From Microcystaceae cyanobacterium (lineage in GTDB: Bacteria > Cyanobacteriota > Cyanobacteriia > Cyanobacteriales > Microcystaceae): DNA of 20,435 nt. Positions 1 to 8,806 of the stretch are shown piece after piece. The position numbers and the translations under genes were made by a program. The stretch covers positions 1-20,435 of the forward strand of contig JBGTGT010000072.1 of NCBI GenBank assembly GCA_041746575.1. The letters run 5' to 3'. The notes beneath the pieces are model-generated. The model worked only from the letters and a program-made list of their open reading frames with translations. It searched no databases and had not been told where the DNA came from. Position 1 is the first letter of the stretch, and each line of letters begins with the position of its first letter.

Positions 1-93
1 CCACTTCGACCCATCCCGAACTCGATAGTGAAACGCTGTAGCGGCGACGATACTTGAGGGGTAGCCCTCTGGGACAATAGCTCGATGCCAGGA
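1..93 (+). rRNA. rrf: 5S rRNA, 3' part (5' end lies before the window)
   Basis: Conserved 5S motifs CCCATCCCGAACTC, GTGAAAC, GCGGCGACGATA and the 3' end AATAGCTCGATGCCAGG, typical of cyanobacterial 5S rRNA. Confidence 0.96.
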
Positions 94-103
94 TCTTCTT
101 GCT

Positions 104-135
104 AAAACCTCCACTTTTTCGTGGGGGTTTTGTTT
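104..135 (+). terminator. Intrinsic terminator of the rRNA operon
   Basis: Stem AAAACCTCCAC / loop TTTTTC / GTGGGGGTTTT followed by GTTT, just after the 5S gene. Confidence 0.85.
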
Positions 136-342
136 GGGGAAATTGTTAATTAACTTACGCAACGATGTCTGTCAAATGATAGATCAGTGAGGCAAGAAGT
201 ATATGGTAAGTTTATAGGGTAATTAATTAGCAAGTCGTTAGTCAAACTAACTGTAAAGATAAGAGAATAAAAGAAATTAAAAGCTAATATTGCTTTGTGA
301 AAAAAAAGATGATGTGTTAGTAAAAGAATAATAAAAGAAAAT

Positions 343-1446
343 ATGTTAGATTATGCAACCCATTTTTCAATTCAAGAACTCTTTTTTGAGTTTATTTTAT
401 CGGCTTTCTTGGGCGCATTATTAATTGCTCTATTAGGGCTTGGATATTTATTGATTAAAAAGACAGTTTCTCCTTGGGTGACATTCCAATTTCAAGATAT
501 TTACGAAAAACTATTACAACCTTATCAGATCTTGTTAGGGATTTTCGCCACCTTAATTAGCGTTGATCTTTTTCTACTAATTGGATCAATTCCTCAATGG
601 TTGCAATGGCTAGAAATTTCTCTTAGTCTTGCTGTCGTTATTCTAGGAAGTTGGTTGGGTTCACAAATTTTTCAGAAGTTTTTTGATAATTATCTATTAA
701 ATATCGCTCTCAATTGGGGACATAAAGTTAATAGCGAGATTTTGCTAATTTACAAGTGGTTATTTACCACAGGAATTTTCTTATTTTTTATTATTATATT
801 TGCCCAAACTCACCGAATTAATTTACTTGGATTATTAACTAGTTTGGGGATTGGTGGATTGGCGATCGCTTTTGCGGCTCAAAAAATCCTAGAGCAAATT
901 TTGGGGGGAATTGTTATTTATTGGGATAAGCCTTTTGTGGTAGATGATTATATTGGATTACCCGATGGAACGTTTGGTAAAGTAGAGTCAATTGGCTTAC
1001 GTTCAACAAAGATTAGAAGCTCAGGAAAAGGAACGTTGGTGATTGTTCCTAACAGTGCTTTAACTCAGTTAAATATTGAAAATTTTACGGGAGCAAAAAA
1101 GATTATCTCTGTCATTTATCTAACTTTTTATCGAGCGATTGCAACCGAAGAAAGAGCCTTAATCCGGCAAGTTATTCTGCAAAGTACCGACGATATTTTT
1201 GGGATAGATTCCCGCAGTACAGAAGTCAGTTTTCAGGCTTTAAACAATCCTGATAATCCAGATGAAATTATTACCCAAGCACAAATTAACTTCTTTATTT
1301 TAGGGTCAAGTAGTGTTTCTATGGAATTACGTCAACAGCTGTTGGAAATTGCGAACCAAAATATTGCTCAACAATTAAAAGACTACGGTATTGCTTTTGA
1401 TATTGACGAACGGGTGATTAATGTTGATTCTCCTATTACAATTTAA
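343..1446 (+). CDS. mscS: Mechanosensitive ion channel, MscS family (paralogue 1)
   Basis: N-terminal TM helices; pore helix LLTSLGIGGLAIAFAAQKILEQILGG; middle beta domain DKPFVVDDYI...GKVESIGLRSTKIRS...VIVPNS. Confidence 0.9.
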   Translation: MLDYATHFSIQELFFEFILSAFLGALLIALLGLGYLLIKKTVSPWVTFQFQDIYEKLLQPYQILLGIFATLISVDLFLLIGSIPQWLQWLEISLSLAVVILGSWLGSQIFQKFFDNYLLNIALNWGHKVNSEILLIYKWLFTTGIFLFFIIIFAQTHRINLLGLLTSLGIGGLAIAFAAQKILEQILGGIVIYWDKPFVVDDYIGLPDGTFGKVESIGLRSTKIRSSGKGTLVIVPNSALTQLNIENFTGAKKIISVIYLTFYRAIATEERALIRQVILQSTDDIFGIDSRSTEVSFQALNNPDNPDEIITQAQINFFILGSSSVSMELRQQLLEIANQNIAQQLKDYGIAFDIDERVINVDSPITI

Positions 1447-1469
1447 TTAATTTCTACTGACGCTTAATA

Positions 1470-2606
1470 ATGGATATTAATTCAATTCTAGAAAATTATT
1501 TTACAATTAGTGAAGAGAATCAGCAATGGCTCATAAAACTAGGCATAGATGCAGGTATTTTTTTTGGATTTATTTTGCTTTCTGTGTTGGGAGGACGTTA
1601 TACACCAACGCTTATACGCTTATTAGTAAGTCGTTTTTTTCCTAAACAGTTCTCTAAACTTTATCTCTCTTTTGTTGAACCGATAGAGCCCTCATTAAGA
1701 GCTACAGGCACATTGATTTTACTGCTGTTATCTTTAGGTTTTATCCAAGATTATCCGAAGCTCTATCAATTTTTATACTTTTTTGTAAATCTTTCCGTTA
1801 TTATTAGTATAGCGTGGCTTTGTTCTCGCTTATTTCGGCAGTTCCTCCGAACTTATGGCATTAGCTTGCTACAGAAATTAGGGCGGGAAATTGATGAACT
1901 TTTACTCGTTTTAGAAACGATTGCCAATATATTAATTGGCTTTACTGCGGTTATTGCCTTTGCTCAAAGTCAAGAAATTAACTTAATTGGTTTACTTGCC
2001 AGTCTGGGAATTGGGGGTATTGCCTTAGCATTTGCAGCCCAAAAAACGCTAGAACAGTTAATTGGCACAATTGTTTTATATTTGGATCGACCTTACATCC
2101 CTGGCGAATATATTAGAGTTAATTTTAATCCTCATGATGATGATGTTTTTGCCAGAGTTGAGTCTATTGGAATTCGCTCTACTAAATTGCGAGTAGCGGC
2201 TAAAAGTACCTTAATTATTGTCCCTAATTCTATTATGGCTACTAAGGACATTGAAAACATTACAAGGGGCAAAAAGGTGATGGTTTTGCTATATCTCAAT
2301 TTCTCTGAGATTTTACAAGAAAAGGAGCAAGCTTTTGTAAAACAAGTGATCAAAGAAAGCACTGATACCCTGTTTGGTATTGATCCTGGAAGCACCAAAA
2401 TTCATTTATTCGAACCCGACGGTAAATCTATTACGCGCGCTAGAATAACCTTCTTTATCTTAGGATCAAGTGAAAATTCATTGCAATTACGCAAACGATT
2501 ATTAGAATTAGCAAATGATATGATTTCTAAAAAACTGACAACATATCAAATTCAATTTCAAATGGAAGATCCGACGATTTATGTTGATTCTCCTATTACA
2601 ATCTAA
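1470..2606 (+). CDS. mscS: Mechanosensitive ion channel, MscS family (paralogue 2)
   Basis: LLASLGIGGIALAFAAQKTLEQLIG pore helix; DRPYIPGEYI...RVESIGIRSTKLR...IIVPNS; starts 23 bp after paralogue 1. Confidence 0.9.
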   Translation: MDINSILENYFTISEENQQWLIKLGIDAGIFFGFILLSVLGGRYTPTLIRLLVSRFFPKQFSKLYLSFVEPIEPSLRATGTLILLLLSLGFIQDYPKLYQFLYFFVNLSVIISIAWLCSRLFRQFLRTYGISLLQKLGREIDELLLVLETIANILIGFTAVIAFAQSQEINLIGLLASLGIGGIALAFAAQKTLEQLIGTIVLYLDRPYIPGEYIRVNFNPHDDDVFARVESIGIRSTKLRVAAKSTLIIVPNSIMATKDIENITRGKKVMVLLYLNFSEILQEKEQAFVKQVIKESTDTLFGIDPGSTKIHLFEPDGKSITRARITFFILGSSENSLQLRKRLLELANDMISKKLTTYQIQFQMEDPTIYVDSPITI

Positions 2607-2709
2607 AGAAGCTCAATATAGCAAAATAGCCCAAAAAGTTAGCAATTTTCTGCACTTCACGTCTTTTCTTGTAGTAAAATAAATAAGCCATTTTATTTTT
2701 TATTAAATT

Positions 2710-2919
2710 ATGATCATTTGGGTAAATGAACAAATCGATCCGTGTGGACTTGTTTCCTCGTGTATTGCAACCCCTAATGAAGTAGCGGCGAAAGAGTGCC
2801 ATGAAACGTGGCTAAATGACTTGACTAATGCTCAAAAAGCGGAAGGATGGACAGTACAATTAAGAACAGTCGACTCTTGGGATGATGTTCCTGTTAATGC
2901 TTTAAAATTGAGCTTCTAA
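2710..2919 (+). CDS. Small acidic protein of unknown function, 69 aa
   Basis: Clean ATG..TAA ORF in an intergenic position. The motifs IWVNEQIDP and LRTVDSWDDVPVNALKL resemble a small cyanobacterial protein family I recall; not verified by search. Confidence 0.75.
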   Translation: MIIWVNEQIDPCGLVSSCIATPNEVAAKECHETWLNDLTNAQKAEGWTVQLRTVDSWDDVPVNALKLSF

Positions 2920-2975
2920 AATGTTATCTTAAATGAAAACAGATTATTTAATTCAAATTCAATCATAATAACGTA

Positions 2976-3152
2976 ATGTCTTTTATTCGCCAAGTTATTG
3001 CCCCTTTATTCGCTGTTTTGCTCTTTTTAATCGCTTTAGTAGTTGTCAGTGCCAGAATTTTCTTACCTTCTGACTTAGCCCAACCTGCACCTATTGACAC
3101 AGAACAGGTAAGTTATGTAACTTTTAATCAAAATAGGTTAGATGTTGCCTGA
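2976..3152 (+). CDS. Small single-TM membrane protein, 58 aa (not in the ORF track): MSFIRQVIAPLFAVLLFLIALVVVSARIFLPSDLAQPAPIDTEQVSYVTFNQNRLDVA
   Basis: Translated by hand from ATG 2976 to TGA 3150-3152. One ~20-aa hydrophobic helix then RIFLPSDLAQPAP. Fills the gap between neighbours and overlaps the GNAT start by 11 nt. Confidence 0.75.
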   Translation: MSFIRQVIAPLFAVLLFLIALVVVSARIFLPSDLAQPAPIDTEQVSYVTFNQNRLDVA

Positions 3153-3615
3153 TTTTTATTGTTTACGCATGGGTTCAACCAAAGATAAGGCGTTACTCTT
3201 GAAATTAATGACCCTAGCCTATCAAGAACTGTTTCCACAACAGCTTGATTTTGCGCATTTAACAAGTACTGTTGAACAATATTTATCCGCTAAAACCCCT
3301 TTATGGTGGGTCAAGCTCAAATCTCAACCGCAGTCTTCTAATATAATTGGGGGGTTATGGATGGGTAATGCCGTTGATCAGGTGACAGGAAAGCGATATT
3401 CTCATATATTCCTCATCTATGTAAAACCGGAACACCGTCGTCAAGGAATTGCTACTGCCTTGCTAGAAAAGGCGCAAAATTGGTCAAAAAATCGGGGAGA
3501 TCATCAAATTGGATTACAAGTATTTGGACATAACCAACCTGCCTTAACGCTTTATCAAGGGCTAGGATTTCAACCGCAATCATTTTTGATGATGAAATCC
3601 TTTGATTCAGTTTAA
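3142..3615 (+). CDS. GNAT family N-acetyltransferase
   Basis: Acetyl-CoA binding motif A IYVKPEHRRQGIATALL and motif B NQPALTLYQGLGF. Confidence 0.92.
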   Translation: MLPDFYCLRMGSTKDKALLLKLMTLAYQELFPQQLDFAHLTSTVEQYLSAKTPLWWVKLKSQPQSSNIIGGLWMGNAVDQVTGKRYSHIFLIYVKPEHRRQGIATALLEKAQNWSKNRGDHQIGLQVFGHNQPALTLYQGLGFQPQSFLMMKSFDSV

Positions 3616-3714
3616 TTCTAAATAAAGGGATGATGGGGATGAGCAACTTACAATATCCGATTTTATAATGCTGTAGCTATTGATTAATATTCAGGGATTG
3701 ATGATAACTGACTG

Positions 3715-5355
3715 CTAGCGATTAGATTGATTAACGGCTTCTCCTAAACGAGTTAATCCTTGAGAACAATCCAAGCGATCTAAGTGTATCTCAATAAAGG
3801 ACACACAGTGGGTATTCGCCTTTGCGATGCTTAAAGCATCTTCTAATTCTCCTTCTGTAGAAACTTCACAACTCCAACTTTCACCAAAGATGTGGGGTAA
3901 TTCATGATATTTCCATGGTTGTAAATCATTATAAATATTATCTTGAATAACTCGTTCAATGGTATAACCATCGTTATTAATTAAGAAAATAATGGGGTTA
4001 AGCTGATGACGAATAATCGTCGACAATTCTTGCGCTGTCATTTGAAATGCGCCATCTCCAACAAATACAAGAATACGATGGCGAGGAGAGGCTAAACTTG
4101 CCCCTAAACAAGCAGGAATTGAATATCCAATAGAGAGATAAAACGCTTGTCCAATAAAATCCGTCCCTTTATACATAATAAGGTCAATAGTGGCAACGAT
4201 CGCGTCTCCTGTATCAGCGATAACGACGTGATTATCATCTAAGAAGTTATTAATGCGTTGATAAAATCGTTGATTAGTCAGCTTTTTATTTTTTTCAAGA
4301 TTAAACGTTTGATTCATTTCTTCATAAGCTGATTTGATCTCGAATACCCTTTTTTCTTTTTGATGAAACTGTTTAATTAATCCGTCCAAAAAGTCACCAA
4401 TATAAACGGGTTGATAAAAATGATGTTTAATTTTTATTTTCTCAGAATTTGCATTAATCAAGCGATTATCTTCTAATTTTGCAGTATTTCCCCCCAGATT
4501 CATGTCAGACATAATCGCACCTAGGCAGAGAAGACAATCCGCCGTTTCAATCCGTTGACGCACCTTCTCCCGACTAATGCCCCCAACGTAGTTACCAATA
4601 AACTGGGGATGGGTTTCCCGTAAACAAGATTTGCCCAAAAGGGTAGTAGCGAAGGGATATCCCGTCACTTCCAGCAACTTCTCTAATTTATCCTGAATTT
4701 CAAAACGATGGAATTCAACGCCTGCTAATATCGCTGGAAATTGGGCTTTTTCAAGTAAATAAACGGCTTCTTCGACGGCCTCTTGTAGAGCATTTTGGTC
4801 AGTTTGTTTAGGATAGCGAATGATGGCGTTATTAGGTATGCCACAGGGCTGATTGACTAAATTTGAGGGAATCTCAATATATACGGGTCTTTTGTAGTGT
4901 AAACAAGCCGCAAGGACATGATCAATTTGAGAAGCCGCCTGACTGGCATCCGTTAAAATAACAGAAGCCACAGTGGCTTTTTCCATAATAGAATGCTGTA
5001 GATTGTAATCTCCCGTTGTATGGTGCAATAGTAGATTATTTTGGCGAACAGAGCTAGTGGGTGCGCCACTGATCACTACAATCGGCACTCTTTCGGCATA
5101 AGCGCCTACCACCGCATTAACTAAACTAAATCCACCCACACCGTAGGTAATACAGACAGCCCCCATCCCTTTGAGACGACCATAGGCATCGGCGGCATAA
5201 CCGGCATTGAGTTCATTGCAAGTACAAACCAGTTCAACTGGGCTGTCCACAATAACATCCATTAACCCTAACACATAATCCCCCGGCACACCGAAGATAT
5301 GCTCGACGCCTAGGAAAGATAGACGGTTACAGAGATATTCACCAACAGTTTGCAT
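3715..5355 (-). CDS. TPP-dependent alpha-keto acid decarboxylase (pyruvate/indolepyruvate decarboxylase family)
   Basis: FGVPGDY, CNELNAGYAADAYGR, LLHHT and the TPP-binding motif GDGAFQMTAQE...NNDGYTIER. Confidence 0.93.
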   Translation of the reverse strand: MQTVGEYLCNRLSFLGVEHIFGVPGDYVLGLMDVIVDSPVELVCTCNELNAGYAADAYGRLKGMGAVCITYGVGGFSLVNAVVGAYAERVPIVVISGAPTSSVRQNNLLLHHTTGDYNLQHSIMEKATVASVILTDASQAASQIDHVLAACLHYKRPVYIEIPSNLVNQPCGIPNNAIIRYPKQTDQNALQEAVEEAVYLLEKAQFPAILAGVEFHRFEIQDKLEKLLEVTGYPFATTLLGKSCLRETHPQFIGNYVGGISREKVRQRIETADCLLCLGAIMSDMNLGGNTAKLEDNRLINANSEKIKIKHHFYQPVYIGDFLDGLIKQFHQKEKRVFEIKSAYEEMNQTFNLEKNKKLTNQRFYQRINNFLDDNHVVIADTGDAIVATIDLIMYKGTDFIGQAFYLSIGYSIPACLGASLASPRHRILVFVGDGAFQMTAQELSTIIRHQLNPIIFLINNDGYTIERVIQDNIYNDLQPWKYHELPHIFGESWSCEVSTEGELEDALSIAKANTHCVSFIEIHLDRLDCSQGLTRLGEAVNQSNR

Positions 5356-5452
5356 AGGAAGGGGTTGACTAATTAGAATCTTCTATAATTTAGCTTAATA
5401 ATTTTTAAAATGCGAATCAACACTTAAAAAGATCGGTAACAATCAATACCAT

Positions 5453-6265
5453 TTAATCATAACTGGCATCTGTAATTTTTAATTTGGTTCCACAAACTTT
5501 ACAAAAATTGGCATCTTGATCATGTCTACATAATTGACAATGGGGACAGGTTTTGTCATTGGCTTGGGTGAATTTTAATAATTGTTGAGTCAATGTTCCA
5601 ATTTGCCATGGAATTAAAACAATTCCTGATAAAATCATTAAAAGGGTGATAAAATGCCCCTGTTTTGATAAGGGAATCACATCGCCAAATCCCACTGTTG
5701 TCATAGTTACAATAGTAAAATAAAAAGCATCAAAAAAGTCACCAAAGACATGAGGATTGGCTTGATGTTCTACTTGATAAATTAAACCCGAATAGATAAA
5801 AATAACTGAAAATAAAGTTAAAAAAACTTCGACAAAAATCAAGCTGTCTTTTCGCTTTATTTTAAAAATGGAGCTTTCCAGTTGAATAAAGCGCAAAATT
5901 CTTAAAACCCTAAACCATCTTAATAATCGTAGAAATTGTAAATTTACAATTCCTAAAAATAAAGGAATAATAGCAATTAAGTCAACGAGAGAAAAAAAAC
6001 TGAATATAAACTTTAATCTATTCTCTGCACACCATAACCTAATTAGATATTCTAAAGTAAATAATCCTAAAATACCAAAATCAAGAAAATGCAGTATATT
6101 TTTTAAGTTTTGAGGTAGGGGATAAGTTTCTGTAATAAAAATTCCAAGAGATAGAAAAATTAAACTTAAAATAATCAGGTTAACGATTAAACTAAGCGGA
6201 TTTTTTAGGTCATTTAGATAAAAATTAATTTTCTGACGAAGCGGTAACGAATAATCGGTTAGCAT
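5453..6265 (-). CDS. 6-TM voltage-gated-type potassium channel (ion transporter) with C-terminal zinc-ribbon-like Cys motif
   Basis: S4-like LRLLRWFRVLRILR; filter TMTTVGFGD; tail CPHC...FCKVCG. Confidence 0.9.
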   Translation of the reverse strand: MLTDYSLPLRQKINFYLNDLKNPLSLIVNLIILSLIFLSLGIFITETYPLPQNLKNILHFLDFGILGLFTLEYLIRLWCAENRLKFIFSFFSLVDLIAIIPLFLGIVNLQFLRLLRWFRVLRILRFIQLESSIFKIKRKDSLIFVEVFLTLFSVIFIYSGLIYQVEHQANPHVFGDFFDAFYFTIVTMTTVGFGDVIPLSKQGHFITLLMILSGIVLIPWQIGTLTQQLLKFTQANDKTCPHCQLCRHDQDANFCKVCGTKLKITDASYD

Positions 6266-6360
6266 AAACGGGTTTGATAAAATTTAATTATTCAGTTTCT
6301 GATTAATGACAAATTAAAAGTTAGTCAATATTTGTCGAAAGTTTTTTAAAATTTTAGACA

Positions 6361-6954
6361 TTAAATAGGTTCAGATAATGCTTCTGTAACTGCTGCAAGA
6401 ACTTTATTGTCAGATACCATCCAAGCATGAACTAAGACAGGGAAAACCTTTTCTTGTCCAATTTTCATGCGAGAACTTGTAGCTGGCAAAATCATTAAAT
6501 CATAGGGAGTCCACATAACTGTTACTTTCACTTGACTCAATAAGGCTTGATAATCTTGATTCAAATCTTTTAGCAATTTGCTATCAGGTCTCATTTGTTG
6601 AATACCCGTTAAGGGTAAACTATAAGCCGTTAAAGTCCCCTGATTAGGGGCAGACATACTGATATAACGTTGAACCTTATGAATGCCGCCAAGTCGTTGT
6701 AAATAATAACGGGTGATAATCCCTCCCATACTAAACCCTAACAGATCAATCGGTTGTTCAAGAAAAAAGGTTTTATCAACATAACTTTTAATCTGTTGAG
6801 CTAATTCTTTTAAACAGGCAGTTCCCCCATTGGGAGCTAAACTAATGCGATGTACTGGCCAATCGTGCTGTTCTAAATAGTTAGCCATTGCATCAAATTT
6901 GCGGAACGTATCATAAATACCATGAATTAAAAGAACAGGATTTTTTTGGGTCAT
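6361..6954 (-). CDS. Small alpha/beta-hydrolase lipase/esterase
   Basis: PVLLIHG oxyanion motif; nucleophile elbow GFSMGG; Asp in PYDLMI; His in VLVHAWM. Confidence 0.9.
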   Translation of the reverse strand: MTQKNPVLLIHGIYDTFRKFDAMANYLEQHDWPVHRISLAPNGGTACLKELAQQIKSYVDKTFFLEQPIDLLGFSMGGIITRYYLQRLGGIHKVQRYISMSAPNQGTLTAYSLPLTGIQQMRPDSKLLKDLNQDYQALLSQVKVTVMWTPYDLMILPATSSRMKIGQEKVFPVLVHAWMVSDNKVLAAVTEALSEPI

Positions 6955-7241
6955 CGTTGTATTTTGAATAACATCCTTTTTTTTATTATAGCGAGTCTAT
7001 TTGAGTCCAGAACAGACCAATTCAGTAGAGAAAATAGATAGCTTTGATCATTCTATTTAAACTCAAAAACGCAACAGAATAAATGATTCAACTTGGTTAA
7101 CCCTGCCAGAATTGTTAAGAAACGTAGCTAAATTTAAAGCTTCATTGCAGTTTCGACCTTGAAGCCCCTTGTCGCTCTAACGGGGTGATAGAGTGATATG
7201 CGTCCCTATTTTGACGTGTCGTTGTTTCTTATTCATTGTTT

Positions 7242-7418
7242 ATGTATAGAGATTCTAGTGATAAAGATTTACTCGGTGCAGCCATTACGGCCGGCTTGGG
7301 TGCAGGGGTTGTTACCTCCTTTGCCGTTGCACAAGGTCAACATCCTGCGATTGGTTTAGGAATTACGCTTTTAGCAGCCCTTTGTGGCGTCATTTTCCGT
7401 AAATTTGATGTGATTTAA
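7242..7418 (+). CDS. Small two-helix Gly/Ala-rich membrane protein of unknown function, 58 aa
   Basis: ATG 7242 preferred over TTG 7236; two hydrophobic helices (GAAITAGLGAGVVTSFAVA; AIGLGITLLAALCGVIF); sole ORF between lipase and cysK. Confidence 0.7.
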   Translation: MYRDSSDKDLLGAAITAGLGAGVVTSFAVAQGQHPAIGLGITLLAALCGVIFRKFDVI

Positions 7419-7635
7419 TCGCAATTATGTAATTGAATAGCGTGAATAGTTGAAAGGTTGATCATCAGGACATCTGACAAGACCGAAAAAATACCTTGAA
7501 CTTTCAGAATTGAGATAGCAAGGGATCAACCAATCCACTGTTTGCGATCGCTACTTTTTCACGACGCTAGTAATCTAAAGACATTGAGAGAGAAGGGAAG
7601 ATTCAGACCTTTCATCAACCCCATCCCCTTAATTA

Positions 7636-8601
7636 TTACGAATTAATTAAAGCAACTTGAGGGGTTTCTAGCTCCTTAAATAAAGGCGTGCTGAGATAGC
7701 GTTCTCCAAAGCTCGGTTGAATCATCACGATCACCTTTCCCGCGTTTTCAGGGCGTTTTGCCACTTTAATGGCGGCGCACAAAGCGGCACCCGAGGAAAT
7801 GCCTGATAGTAATCCCTCTTCTCTGGCCAAACGACGACCATAAAACATGGCTTCATCATCGGTCACCCTGACCACTTCGTCGATTAAGTCCGTTTTTAGG
7901 ACCTCTGGTACGAAACCTGCGCCAATACCTTGAATTTTATGGGGACCGGGCGTTCCTCCCGATAAAACGGGACTGGTTTCCGGTTCAACAGCAATTACTT
8001 GAAAGTCAGGTTTGCGAGCTTTAATCACTTCGGCGATGCCAGTGATGGTTCCCCCTGTACCCACGCCGGAAATTAAGATATCGACCTTTCCATCCGTATC
8101 TGACCAAATTTCCTCAGCCGTGGTCAGACGGTGAATTTCAGGGTTAGCAGGGTTACGAAATTGTTGCAACATATAAGCATTGGGTAACTGCGCCACGAGT
8201 TCTTCAGCCCGTTGAATTGCCCCTTTAATCCCTAAACTACCGGGGGTTAACTCCAACTGAGCCCCATAGGCACGCAACATCGCCCGACGTTCCAAACTCA
8301 TGGTTTCTGGCATGGTGAGAATTAATTGATATCCTTTGGCAGCCGCCGCCATAGCCAAGGCAATCCCCGTATTCCCGGACGTTGGTTCCACGAGAAGCGT
8401 GTGTCCAGGGGCAATAAGTCCTTCTTTTTCGGCCGCATTAATCATATTAACCCCGATACGGTCTTTAACGGAGGAAGCTGGATTCATTCCTTCCAATTTC
8501 ACCACAATTTGGCCGACACATCCTTCTGATTGCGGAATACGATTTAAAGCAACTAAGGGGGTATGACCAATGAGTTCCGTAATATTTTTGGCAATTTTCA
8601 T
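7636..8601 (-). CDS. cysK: Cysteine synthase A (O-acetylserine sulfhydrylase)
   Basis: PLP-lysine motif [47 protein letters not shown]. Confidence 0.97.
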   Translation of the reverse strand: MKIAKNITELIGHTPLVALNRIPQSEGCVGQIVVKLEGMNPASSVKDRIGVNMINAAEKEGLIAPGHTLLVEPTSGNTGIALAMAAAAKGYQLILTMPETMSLERRAMLRAYGAQLELTPGSLGIKGAIQRAEELVAQLPNAYMLQQFRNPANPEIHRLTTAEEIWSDTDGKVDILISGVGTGGTITGIAEVIKARKPDFQVIAVEPETSPVLSGGTPGPHKIQGIGAGFVPEVLKTDLIDEVVRVTDDEAMFYGRRLAREEGLLSGISSGAALCAAIKVAKRPENAGKVIVMIQPSFGERYLSTPLFKELETPQVALINS

Positions 8602-8806
8602 AATAAAACGATGTAAATAAGCGTATCTATCTTTCTAACACGATTGCTCAAAAAGGGTTAAATTTTTAGGTTTCTTTTTAGGATATTAGGATAGTCCCCC
8701 TATCGTCTAAAGTAGAAAACGAGAGGAAGACTGATAGAAAGAAAGAAGAAGCAGGGCATTATGATTTTAGGAAAGCTGACCTTTAGCTGTTGAAAGGAGT
8801 GAGTCG

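Noticed and set aside
2976..3615. Microprotein plus GNAT as a toxin-antitoxin pair
   Set aside because: GNAT toxins pair with RHH/DUF1778 antitoxins; the upstream peptide here is a TM helix and no operator palindrome was seen.
2132..3646. Minus-strand ORFs 2132-2398, 2596-2802 and 3452-3646
   Set aside because: Antisense shadows of better-supported plus-strand genes.
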